The position numbers and the translations under genes were made by a program. Of a stretch of DNA of 64,000 bases, positions 44,194 through 52,071 are shown piece after piece. This DNA comes from Candidatus Competibacter sp. (GTDB lineage Bacteria > Pseudomonadota > Gammaproteobacteria > Competibacterales > Competibacteraceae). The first letter of the stretch is position 1. Each line of letters begins with the position of its first letter. The stretch spans positions 14,515 through 78,514 of the forward strand of contig DAORPQ010000004.1 of the NCBI GenBank assembly GCA_035442025.1, written 5' to 3'. The notes beneath the pieces are model-generated. The model made no database searches. It was not told the DNA's origin and was given only the letters and a program-made list of their open reading frames with translations.

Positions 44194-47064
44194 TTACGGT
44201 CCTTCCACCAGTGCATACGGCGCCCAAACCTTGGGATCGCGCAGGGAGGGATTTTCGTCCTCGATGAAGAAAAGCTGGGTTTCGCGCAACGCCAGCGCAA
44301 GGTCTTTCGGTTTCGGGCCGTTCAGCCAAGTGCGGTAGAACCGCGCCATGAACTCGCGCGCCGGTCGATCACCTAGCGGCCACAGCGACATCAGGACGTT
44401 GCGTGCGCCAGCGGTGCGTAAAGCCCGGACCAGACCATACACGCCTTCGGCGTAATCCAGCGCGCCCTTGCCGGTATCGCAGGCGGAGAGCGCGACCAGT
44501 TCGGTGTCTTCCAGGTTCAAATCCTGCACTTCCAGGGCGTACAGAATCCCGTCTTCGCCGTCGGGGCCGGCTTTGCCCTGGAGACCCTGATTGGCGCCGG
44601 CCAGAGCGAGGCCGGACAGCACCATCGGCCGATCCACGATCCCGCTCTTTTCGCCGAGATAAAAGCCGTGGGTCGCCAGATGCAGCACGCGCGGCGGCGT
44701 GGCGAGGGTTTTCAAGCGGGATTCGGAGGCGTCCGCGCCGAGCCAGACTTGCGAAGGGATGTTCCAGTAGCTCCAGTACGCATTTTTCACTTCCTCGGCT
44801 TCCTTGCCAGTTTCGGCGAGCGCCTTGAACTGACCGATCTCGTTGGACACCGCGCGCGTGGCGACGGTCAGGTTTTGATCCGTCGGTTTCGGCTGTTGCG
44901 GCGTCGGCTCCTTGGCCGCGCCGAATCCCGCGTAGTCCACCCCGCCCAAGGCCAGCAGACCCTTGGGTTTGTCCAGATCGCGGTCGTAGGCGGCGATCAG
45001 ATGCCGTCCGGTGCTGACTTGGCGCAAGGTCTGGCGTTGAATCCAGTAGCGACCGTCCGGCGTCACCAGTTCGGCGAAGGCCAGCAGGCTGAGGAAACCG
45101 TCCGGCGCGATGTAGAGCGGGTCGTAGCGTTTCAGCTTGTCGTCGAGTTTGCCGAACAGTTGGCTGTACAGAGCGACGGCATCTTCCCGCGCGTGGGTTT
45201 TTTGCAGCTTTTGTGCCCATTCCTGGGTTGCCGCCACCGGACCCAGATCGTGCAACGACAGATCGCCTGCCGCTGGCAGCAGCAACGCCGCCCAATGGGG
45301 TTCGCCAAGTTTTCCAGTTTTGAAGTCACCCGGTCGATACTGGCGCAATTCCAGCAGCGCGCCACGGTCGAGCGGAAGAAAGTGGCGCACGTCGTTCACG
45401 CTCGCGCTGCGCACCTGCAAATGGCGATTGAATTCGCGGCTGATCTGGGCCAGCCGGATTTCCTTGGCTTCCAGTTCGTTCAGTTTCTTGAGCAGCAAAT
45501 CGGCATTCGGTTCCGGCGAATTCGCCAGATGGCTGAGATCGCGCCGGAGCTCGGCGCTTTGCCTTGCCAACTCGCGGATTTCGGTATCCTGCTCGCTGCG
45601 GCGGCGCACCAGCCGCGCCAGGAAAGCCTCTTCCTCGCCCTGAATCTGTTTCCAGCGCAGCATGACCTTGGCGGCGAGATCGAGATACTCCGGCTCAGGA
45701 TGGCTCAGTGTCAAGGTGAGCACCACATCCTGAAAATGCGATTGGCTCGTCAGAAATAGCCGCCGAACTGCCTCCTGCCGGGTATGGCGTAATTCCAAAG
45801 CAGCGCGTTCCAGCAGGCGCGGCTCCATACGTTGCAACAGTTGCAGCGCCTGTTTCGGCTGCCGGAGATTCACCAGCGCAACCGTGTAATTGATCTGAAC
45901 CTGTAAAGTAAGCGGATGCTCTGGGCCGAACACCTTCTCGCTTGCCGCCAGCGCCCGCCGGTGGAGCGGCTCCGCTTCCCCGTAGCGGCCTTGGTTTTGA
46001 TATAACAATGCGAGGCCATTGACGCTGGTCAGGGTATTGGGATGTTCCGGGCCGAGCACCTTCTCGCTCGCCGCCAGCACCCGCCGAAAGAGCGGTTCCG
46101 CCTCCCCGTACCGCCCTTGGGCTCGATATAAAAACGCGAGGTTGTTGATGCTGGTCAGGGTATTTGGATGCTCCGGTCCGAGCATTTTCTCGCGCACCGC
46201 CAGTGCCCGTCGAAAGAGCGGTTCCGCTTCCCTGTAACGCCCTTGGGCTTGATATAAAAACGCGAGGTTGTTGACGCTGGTCAGGGTAAATGGATGCTCC
46301 GAGCCAAGCACCTTCTCACCCGCCGCCAGCGCCCGCTGCAACAGCGGTTCCGCTTCCCTGTAACGGCCTTGGGCTTGATATAACCCCGCGAGATTGTTGA
46401 CGCTACTCAACGTGTCGGAGTGCTCCAAGCCCAGCACCTTTTCGCGCGCCATCAACGCTCGCCGAAAGAGCGGTTCCGCCTCCCCGTACCGCCCTTGCGC
46501 TTGATATAAACCTGCGAGATTGCCGATGCTGGTCAGAGTAAACGGATGCTCCGAGCCAAGCACCTTCTCACTCGCCAATAACGTTCGCTGAAAAAGCGGT
46601 TCCACTTCTCCGTACCGCCCTTGCGCTTGATATAACCCCGCGAGGTTGTTGGCGCTGCTCAGGGTGTCCGGGTGCTCGGTGCCGAGCACCTTCTCGCGCG
46701 CCGCCAGCGCCCGCCGGTAGAGCGGTTCCGCTTCCCCGTAACGCCCTTGGGCTTGATATAAAAACGCGAGGTTGTTGACGCTGGTCAGGGTGTTCGGGTG
46801 TTCGGGGCCGAGTTGCTGCTCGGCGAACCGGTAAGTCTGCTCGGCGGCCATTTCGGCTGTACGATAGTTACCTTTTTGAAGAAGCCCGACAACATGTTCG
46901 TTAAGTGCATCCACAATTTCCTTTTTTTGAGGCACCTTTCCGGTTTTCTGTTGCAGATAGGCAGTAACCGCCTGGACATAGTGTTCACTTTTCGGCTCTT
47001 GGGCATGAGCGACAGCGCCCAAGCCCAGCCATCCCGCTAGCAGCCAACAACCGTATCGTTTCAT
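44194..47064 (-). CDS. Signal-peptide-bearing TPR-repeat / CHAT-domain (caspase-like peptidase) protein
   Basis: ATG at 47064 after AGGAGAG. Signal peptide MKRYGCWLLAGWLGLGAVAHA-QE. Seven near-identical 42-aa TPR units (LGPEHPNTLTSVNNLAFLYQAQGRYGEAEPLFRRALAxxEKV) plus one degenerate unit. Coiled-coil linker. C-terminal CHAT domain with His (VLHLATHGFY) and Cys (LVALSACDTG) dyad contexts. The ORF-track extension to 47724 overlaps the upstream gene. Confidence 0.85.
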   Translation of the reverse strand: MKRYGCWLLAGWLGLGAVAHAQEPKSEHYVQAVTAYLQQKTGKVPQKKEIVDALNEHVVGLLQKGNYRTAEMAAEQTYRFAEQQLGPEHPNTLTSVNNLAFLYQAQGRYGEAEPLYRRALAAREKVLGTEHPDTLSSANNLAGLYQAQGRYGEVEPLFQRTLLASEKVLGSEHPFTLTSIGNLAGLYQAQGRYGEAEPLFRRALMAREKVLGLEHSDTLSSVNNLAGLYQAQGRYREAEPLLQRALAAGEKVLGSEHPFTLTSVNNLAFLYQAQGRYREAEPLFRRALAVREKMLGPEHPNTLTSINNLAFLYRAQGRYGEAEPLFRRVLAASEKVLGPEHPNTLTSVNGLALLYQNQGRYGEAEPLHRRALAASEKVFGPEHPLTLQVQINYTVALVNLRQPKQALQLLQRMEPRLLERAALELRHTRQEAVRRLFLTSQSHFQDVVLTLTLSHPEPEYLDLAAKVMLRWKQIQGEEEAFLARLVRRRSEQDTEIRELARQSAELRRDLSHLANSPEPNADLLLKKLNELEAKEIRLAQISREFNRHLQVRSASVNDVRHFLPLDRGALLELRQYRPGDFKTGKLGEPHWAALLLPAAGDLSLHDLGPVAATQEWAQKLQKTHAREDAVALYSQLFGKLDDKLKRYDPLYIAPDGFLSLLAFAELVTPDGRYWIQRQTLRQVSTGRHLIAAYDRDLDKPKGLLALGGVDYAGFGAAKEPTPQQPKPTDQNLTVATRAVSNEIGQFKALAETGKEAEEVKNAYWSYWNIPSQVWLGADASESRLKTLATPPRVLHLATHGFYLGEKSGIVDRPMVLSGLALAGANQGLQGKAGPDGEDGILYALEVQDLNLEDTELVALSACDTGKGALDYAEGVYGLVRALRTAGARNVLMSLWPLGDRPAREFMARFYRTWLNGPKPKDLALALRETQLFFIEDENPSLRDPKVWAPYALVEGP
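45931..46812 (-). repeat. Seven tandem, in-frame 126-bp repeats encoding the TPR array
   Basis: The landmark CACCTTCTC (or a close variant) recurs at 45931, 46057, 46183, 46309, 46435, 46561 and 46687, with the array ending at 46813. The period is exactly 126 bp. Long identical runs occur between units, e.g. GGTTCCGCTTCCCTGTAACG.CCTTGGGCTTGATATAA. Confidence 0.9.
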
Positions 47065-47078
47065 GGCTCGCTCTCCTT

Positions 47079-47714
47079 TCAGGGCAACACCCGCAGCAGC
47101 TTTACCTCTTTCAGCGGTAGTTTGATCACCGGTAGCCGGGCCGGTTTGCCGTCGGGGGGCAATTTGAACAAGAACAGCGTTTCCTTGTTCTCCAATAGCA
47201 AGCGATAAACGCCGCCGGGTAACTCCCCATACAACTCCTTCAAAGTGGCATCCTCCGGCAGCGGCTCGTTCGGCCAGACGCGCACATGCGGATACGCCAA
47301 AAAACCGTTGTCCTGCTGCGCCTGGTAATACCACCCCGCGCTGACCGCCGCCAGCCACCACGCCAACAGGAACGCCAACAACACCCCGAGTATCTGCAAC
47401 TGCTTGAGCAGCCGAGGCCGTTCCGTCTTGAGTCGGTCCAGCCGGGGCGACAGGCGGGACTCGTAAAAGGCCAGCAGCACGATCCCGAGTCCGTAGGGAA
47501 TCACCAGCCACCACCACGTCTTGAAGACCCAAAAGCCGTACACGAAAAAATACTCGGTGGGAATCTCCAGCGTCAGCAAGCCCAGCTTGAAATGACCGAA
47601 GTAGTGGTAGGCGTAAGTCCAGCCGGTGAAGTACCCCAGAGCGGTGAGAAGCGCCGTGACGGTGGCAAGATCGAGCAGCAATGGGCCGGCGGTTCTCTCG
47701 CTTGGCGCGCTCAT
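47079..47714 (-). CDS. Hypothetical polytopic membrane protein, middle gene of the CHAT operon
   Basis: 211 aa. Three to four hydrophobic helices (LLLDLATVTALLTALGYFTGW; FFVYGFWVFKTWWWLVIPYGLGIVLLAF; ILGVLLAFLLAWWLAAVSAGWYY) then an ~80-aa soluble tail. ATG at 47714 overlaps the upstream stop (ATGA). No recognisable family. Confidence 0.65.
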   Translation of the reverse strand: MSAPSERTAGPLLLDLATVTALLTALGYFTGWTYAYHYFGHFKLGLLTLEIPTEYFFVYGFWVFKTWWWLVIPYGLGIVLLAFYESRLSPRLDRLKTERPRLLKQLQILGVLLAFLLAWWLAAVSAGWYYQAQQDNGFLAYPHVRVWPNEPLPEDATLKELYGELPGGVYRLLLENKETLFLFKLPPDGKPARLPVIKLPLKEVKLLRVLP

Positions 47715-48013
47715 TTGGGGGCATCCTTGGCGGAATCGCCGCGAATATCGCCGCCTCCGAATTTGATCGTCTGCCTGCATGGATTGCAGCGGCCCTGCCC
47801 GGCGGCGATCCGGGTCCAGCCGGTCAGATCATCCAGTTTATAGGGATTGCCGTAATCGTCCCGGCACTGCGCCACTTCGCGGAGGCCCTGCGTTTGCATT
47901 TCGCAGCCATGGCGAAAGTGATCGTCCTTGGTTTCAAGGCAGAAACACCCGTCGGCCGCCACGCTCGCAATTGGAACGGCGAACAGCAGTAAAATGAGGC
48001 GCATAGCATTCAC
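47711..48013 (-). CDS. Small secreted Cys-rich protein, first gene of the CHAT operon
   Basis: 100 aa. GTG at 48013 lies 7 nt after GGAGAG (ATG at 48004 is an alternative). Signal peptide MRLILLLFAVPIASVAA. The mature part has six Cys (CFC...C...C...CNPC). No recognisable family. Confidence 0.6.
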   Translation of the reverse strand: MNAMRLILLLFAVPIASVAADGCFCLETKDDHFRHGCEMQTQGLREVAQCRDDYGNPYKLDDLTGWTRIAAGQGRCNPCRQTIKFGGGDIRGDSAKDAPK

Positions 48014-48031
48014 AAGCTGTCTCTCCCCACG

Positions 48032-48053
48032 ATCTGATAACCTGTTTACAGAT
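48032..48053. promoter_or_regulatory. Imperfect palindrome in the 72-bp divergent intergenic region
   Basis: ATCTGATAACCTGTTTACAGAT has perfect ATCTG/CAGAT ends and 16 of 22 positions self-complementary. It lies between the CHAT-operon start and the nitroreductase start. Confidence 0.3.
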
Positions 48054-48085
48054 TACTCTTGCCAGTCACGCCCGACGAGCGCCGC

Positions 48086-49726
48086 ATGAAATCCGACCGA
48101 CTCGATTCCGACCGCCTCGCGCGGGTCATCGCTTATCATCAAGCGAGCAAGCATCATCCGGACCGTTACGCTCCCGGTCCCGGCGGACTGGACTGGGCCA
48201 ACCAGCCCGACCCGTTCCGCCGCTTTGCCGGAGCGCCACGCATCGAACTGCCGTTGCGGGCCGATTCGCTGTCCATCCCGTTTGAATCCGTGCGCCGGGG
48301 CGAACGGCCAACGCCTTATCCGCTCGAACGGCATTCGCTGGCGATGTTGTTTGAACTTTCACTGGGGTTATCCGCCTGGAAACAGCACGGCGGCTCACGC
48401 TGGGCGCTGCGCTGCAACCCGTCGAGCGGCAACTTGCATCCGACCGAAGGCTATCTGATCTGCCCCGCCCTCCCCGGCTTGACGGCCGGCGTTCATCACT
48501 ACCTGAGCCACGATCACGTTCTGGAGCAGCGCGCCGCACCAGCGTCAACCGGCTGGGGTAGCGAACTGCGCGGCGGTGTCGTGGTGGCGCTGAGCGGCAT
48601 CCACTGGCGGGAAGCCTGGAAATACGGCCTGCGGGCCTACCGCTATTGCCAGCACGATTGCGGCCACGCCATCGCCGCCATCGCCTACGCCGCCACCGCG
48701 TTGGGCTGGCGGGCGCGACTGCTCGACGGCTGGGGCGACGATCAGCTCGCCGCCCTGCTGGGACTGAATCGGGCCGAGGATTTCGCCGACGCCGAACCGG
48801 AGCATCCCGAAATCGCGCTGTGGCTCGGCCCAGAACCGCCGCCCGCAAACTTGTCGCCCGCTACGCTGGCGCACGAACTCTCCTTCACCGGCCACGCCAA
48901 TCGCCTGAGCCATTCCCGGCGCGATTGGCGGGGCATCGCGGAAGCGGATCGGGCCGCCCATCGGCCGAACGCTCTACCCTCGCCCCCTTTCCAGCCAACC
49001 GCCTATCCACCGCCGACCAAATCCGGTTGCGTCGCCAGCGCCGCCGAGCTGATCCGCCAGCGCCGCAGCGCGGTGGCTTTCGATGGCGTCACCACCTTGC
49101 CCGCCGAACGCTGGTTCGGAATGCTGGACGCGCTGTTGCCGCGCCCCGAGGTTCCGCCGCTCAATGCTTGGCCGTGGCCGCCGCGCGTGCATCCGCTGCT
49201 GTTCGCCCACCGGATTGAGGGAATCGCACCGGGTCTTTATCTGCTGGTTCGGAATGGGGAGAAGCTGGCGGAATTGCAAGCGGCGCTGCACGGTGAATGG
49301 GAGTGGGCGCGGGTCGAACCAGCGCCGGCGCATCTGCCGCTTTACCGGCTGAGCACCGGCGACGCGCGCGAGGCGGCGCAAGTCATTTCCTGCCATCAGG
49401 ACATCGCCGCCGCTTCCTGCTTCGCGCTCGGCTTCCTGACCGAATTCGCCGACCCGCTACACGACAGGCCGTGGGTGTACCGGGAACTGTTCTGGGAAAC
49501 CGGCCTGCTGGGGCAGATTCTTTACCTGGAAGCGGAAGCCGCCGGCATCCGCGCCACCGGCATCGGCTGTTTCTTCGATGACGCTTTGCACCGGCTGCTG
49601 GGACTGGAAGGTTTGGGGTGGCAGTCGCTCTACCACTTCGCCGTCGGCGGCCCGGTCGAGGATCGGCGCTTGCAAACGCTGCCGCCTTACACCCATCTGA
49701 ACCGGTCGAGGACATCACCGGATTGA
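48086..49726 (+). CDS. Two-lobed SagB/ThcOx-type nitroreductase-family dehydrogenase
   Basis: About 546 aa. HQASKHHPDRYAPGPGGLDWANQPDPFR and RCNPSSGNLHP (SagB-type R-x-x-PS-x-G-x-L-H/Y-P). The second half has nitroreductase-like features (IRQRRSAVAFDG; ATGIGCFFDD). Start is uncertain (ATG at 48086 or TTG at 48059). Confidence 0.75.
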   Translation: MKSDRLDSDRLARVIAYHQASKHHPDRYAPGPGGLDWANQPDPFRRFAGAPRIELPLRADSLSIPFESVRRGERPTPYPLERHSLAMLFELSLGLSAWKQHGGSRWALRCNPSSGNLHPTEGYLICPALPGLTAGVHHYLSHDHVLEQRAAPASTGWGSELRGGVVVALSGIHWREAWKYGLRAYRYCQHDCGHAIAAIAYAATALGWRARLLDGWGDDQLAALLGLNRAEDFADAEPEHPEIALWLGPEPPPANLSPATLAHELSFTGHANRLSHSRRDWRGIAEADRAAHRPNALPSPPFQPTAYPPPTKSGCVASAAELIRQRRSAVAFDGVTTLPAERWFGMLDALLPRPEVPPLNAWPWPPRVHPLLFAHRIEGIAPGLYLLVRNGEKLAELQAALHGEWEWARVEPAPAHLPLYRLSTGDAREAAQVISCHQDIAAASCFALGFLTEFADPLHDRPWVYRELFWETGLLGQILYLEAEAAGIRATGIGCFFDDALHRLLGLEGLGWQSLYHFAVGGPVEDRRLQTLPPYTHLNRSRTSPD

Positions 49727-50956
49727 AGCGGGGCGCTCCTGAGCGAGCGCGGCATCGACCAGTTCGATCCAATGCCTGACCGGCGTCCGGCCGGCGCTAT
49801 TCAAATGGGTTTGGCAACCGACATTGGCGGTGACGATGGTTTCCGGTTGGCCGCTTTCCAGCGCGTCCAGCTTGCGGTCGCGCAGCGCGATGGCGATTTC
49901 CGGTTGGGTCAGCGCGTAGGTTCCCGCCGAACCGCAACAGAGGTGGCCATCGGACACGGCGGTCAACTCGAAACCAAGTTGGCGCAACACCGCTTCCACC
50001 GCGCCGCCGAGTTTCTGGGCGTGCTGCAAGGTACAGGGACAGTGGACCGCGAGCCGCTTGCCGCCGCGCAACGCCAGCACGTCGAGCGGCTCGGCGCGCA
50101 GCACCTCGACCAGATCCTTGGCCAGTTCGCCGACGCGCGCGGCTTTGGCCGCATAGCGTGGATCGTCTTGCAGCAGCTCACCGTAATCCTTGACGAAAGC
50201 GCCGCAGCCGCTGGCGGTCTGGACGAAGGCCTCGGCGCCGGCTTCGATAGCCGGCCACCAGGCGTCGATGTTGCGGCGGGCACGATCGCGGGCCGCTTCC
50301 TGGGCGTTCAAGTGGAAATCGATCGCGCCGCAGCAACCGCCTCCGGCGGCCGACACGACCGAAACGCCGAGCCGGTCGAGCACGCGCGCCGCCGCCGCGT
50401 TGGTGTTCGGCGACAGTTCGGGTTGGGCGCAGCCTTCCAGCATCAGCACCCGGCGGGCGTGGCGTAACGGCGGCCGTTCGCGCGCGGGCGCGGCGCGCGG
50501 CGGCAATTTTGCCGACACCGCTTCCGGCAACCAGGGCCGGATGAGCTTGCCGGCCCGCGCCAGCACCCCGAATACGGTGGGATGGGTCACGACGGCGCGC
50601 AACAGACGGCGTTGCACGCGCTGGCCGGCCGGACGCGCTGCCAGAACCTCCACGGTCTTGCGGCCGACATCGAGCAATTTGTGGTATTGCACCCCCGAAG
50701 GACAGGTGGTCTCGCAACTGCGGCAGGTCAGACAGCGGTCCAGGTGTTCGAGCGTGCTGGCGCTGGCTTCGCCGGTTTCGAACATCTGCTTCATCAGATA
50801 GATGCGTCCGCGCGGGCCATCGAGTTCGTCACCCAGCAATTGGTAGGTCGGACAGGTGGCGTTGCAAAAACCGCAGTGCACGCACGCCCGCAACACGGTT
50901 TCGACCACCTTGCCGTCGGGCGTGTCGCGAATCCAGTCGATCAGTCGCGTGTCCAT
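49715..50956 (-). CDS. glcF: Glycolate oxidase iron-sulfur subunit GlcF
   Basis: 413 aa. Two 4Fe-4S motifs (CVHCGFCNATCP, CLTCRSCETTCP) and CCG domains. Confidence 0.93.
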   Translation of the reverse strand: MDTRLIDWIRDTPDGKVVETVLRACVHCGFCNATCPTYQLLGDELDGPRGRIYLMKQMFETGEASASTLEHLDRCLTCRSCETTCPSGVQYHKLLDVGRKTVEVLAARPAGQRVQRRLLRAVVTHPTVFGVLARAGKLIRPWLPEAVSAKLPPRAAPARERPPLRHARRVLMLEGCAQPELSPNTNAAAARVLDRLGVSVVSAAGGGCCGAIDFHLNAQEAARDRARRNIDAWWPAIEAGAEAFVQTASGCGAFVKDYGELLQDDPRYAAKAARVGELAKDLVEVLRAEPLDVLALRGGKRLAVHCPCTLQHAQKLGGAVEAVLRQLGFELTAVSDGHLCCGSAGTYALTQPEIAIALRDRKLDALESGQPETIVTANVGCQTHLNSAGRTPVRHWIELVDAALAQERPASIR

Positions 50957-52071
50957 CAGACCTCCGCGTACATCCGGCCACGGTTGAACGCGCCCGCCGG
51001 GTCGAACTGCCGTTTGAGCGCGCGGTGAATGCGCAGCAACGGTGCGGTCAGCGGGGTGAAAACGTCATCGCCGGCACGGCCGGGCGGTGCGCGGAACAAG
51101 GTGGCGTGACCGCCGTGAGCCACGGCGAGCGCGCGAAGCGCGGGCAGTCGATCCGGCTCGGCCCAGCACCAGCGTTGCGCGCCACCCCACTCGACCAGAT
51201 GCGATCCGGGCAAAGCGACGGTCGGAGTACCGGCCGGTAGCGCCAGCCGGATCAGAGCGGCGGAGCCGGTCGCGAAAAACGGGGCGGCCTGATCGCGCAG
51301 GCCGGCCCAAAAAGCCGTCGCCGCGCCCTCCTCCAGCGCCTCCCCGCCGAGCGTCCGACCCGCGGCGGCGACCGCCGGCCCGGCCCCGGACAAGCGCAGC
51401 CGCAGAGCGCCTTCGGACCACGCGCTGGCCGAAACCGGCAAGGCTTGGCCGGCCCAGCGATCGAACCGCCCGAAAGCCTCCGCTTCCGACAGCTCGAAGT
51501 GCAGCGTCGCTTCCTCAAGGGGTTTGGGCAAGACTTTCAGCGAGACCTCCACCAGCACGCCGAGACAACCGAGACTGCCGGCGAGCAGGCGGGACACGTC
51601 GTAGCCGGCCACGTTCTTCATGACCTGCCCGCCGAAGTTCAGCAGGTCGCCCTTGCCGTCCAAGAGCCGCGCCCCGAGCACGAAATCGCGCACCGCGCCG
51701 ACCGCCATCCGGCGCGGCCCGGACAGGCCGGCGGCCACCACGCCGCCGATGGTCGGCGAGCCGGCGAACCGCGGCGGTTCGAAAGCCAGCATCTGACCGC
51801 GCTCGGCCAGGGCCGCGTCGATTTCGGCCAAAGGCGTCCCGCCGCGCGCGGTGATGACCAACTCGGTCGGCTCGTAGTCGACGATGCCCCGGTACGCGGC
51901 GGTGGCCAGCGGCTCGCCCGCGCTGGGACGCCCGTAAAAAGACTTGCTGCGCCCGCCTTCGATCACCAGCGCCGTTCCTTTGGCGACGGCGGAACGCACC
52001 TGTTCTTGCCAACTCGCCAGCACCGGGTCGGCGGGACGGTCGGCCGCTACGGTTCGGATGCCCAAGTTCAT
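50956..52071 (-). CDS. glcE: Glycolate oxidase FAD-binding subunit GlcE
   Basis: 371 aa from ATG at 52071, which overlaps the glcD stop (ATGA). FAD-binding PCMH-type domain (GGRSKSFYG...TIGGVVAAGLSGPRR). The ORF-track extension to 52698 lies inside glcD. Confidence 0.9.
   Translation of the reverse strand: MNLGIRTVAADRPADPVLASWQEQVRSAVAKGTALVIEGGRSKSFYGRPSAGEPLATAAYRGIVDYEPTELVITARGGTPLAEIDAALAERGQMLAFEPPRFAGSPTIGGVVAAGLSGPRRMAVGAVRDFVLGARLLDGKGDLLNFGGQVMKNVAGYDVSRLLAGSLGCLGVLVEVSLKVLPKPLEEATLHFELSEAEAFGRFDRWAGQALPVSASAWSEGALRLRLSGAGPAVAAAGRTLGGEALEEGAATAFWAGLRDQAAPFFATGSAALIRLALPAGTPTVALPGSHLVEWGGAQRWCWAEPDRLPALRALAVAHGGHATLFRAPPGRAGDDVFTPLTAPLLRIHRALKRQFDPAGAFNRGRMYAEV

Noticed and set aside
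45931-46812. Regularly spaced repeats that could be mistaken for a CRISPR array or minisatellite
   Set aside because: The period is 126 bp with no unique spacers. The units are contiguous, in frame and encode 42-aa TPR motifs inside a long ORF.
47065-47724. N-terminal 220-aa extension of the CHAT ORF, which would give a 1176-aa protein
   Set aside because: The extension overlaps the 47079-47714 membrane-protein gene in another frame and is Arg/Gly-rich. An internal ATG at 47064 has a strong RBS and a textbook signal peptide.
49715-49726. 12-nt overlap of the convergent nitroreductase and glcF 3' ends as a regulatory feature
   Set aside because: Short 3' overlaps of convergent genes are common in compact GC-rich genomes. 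No associated structure was seen.
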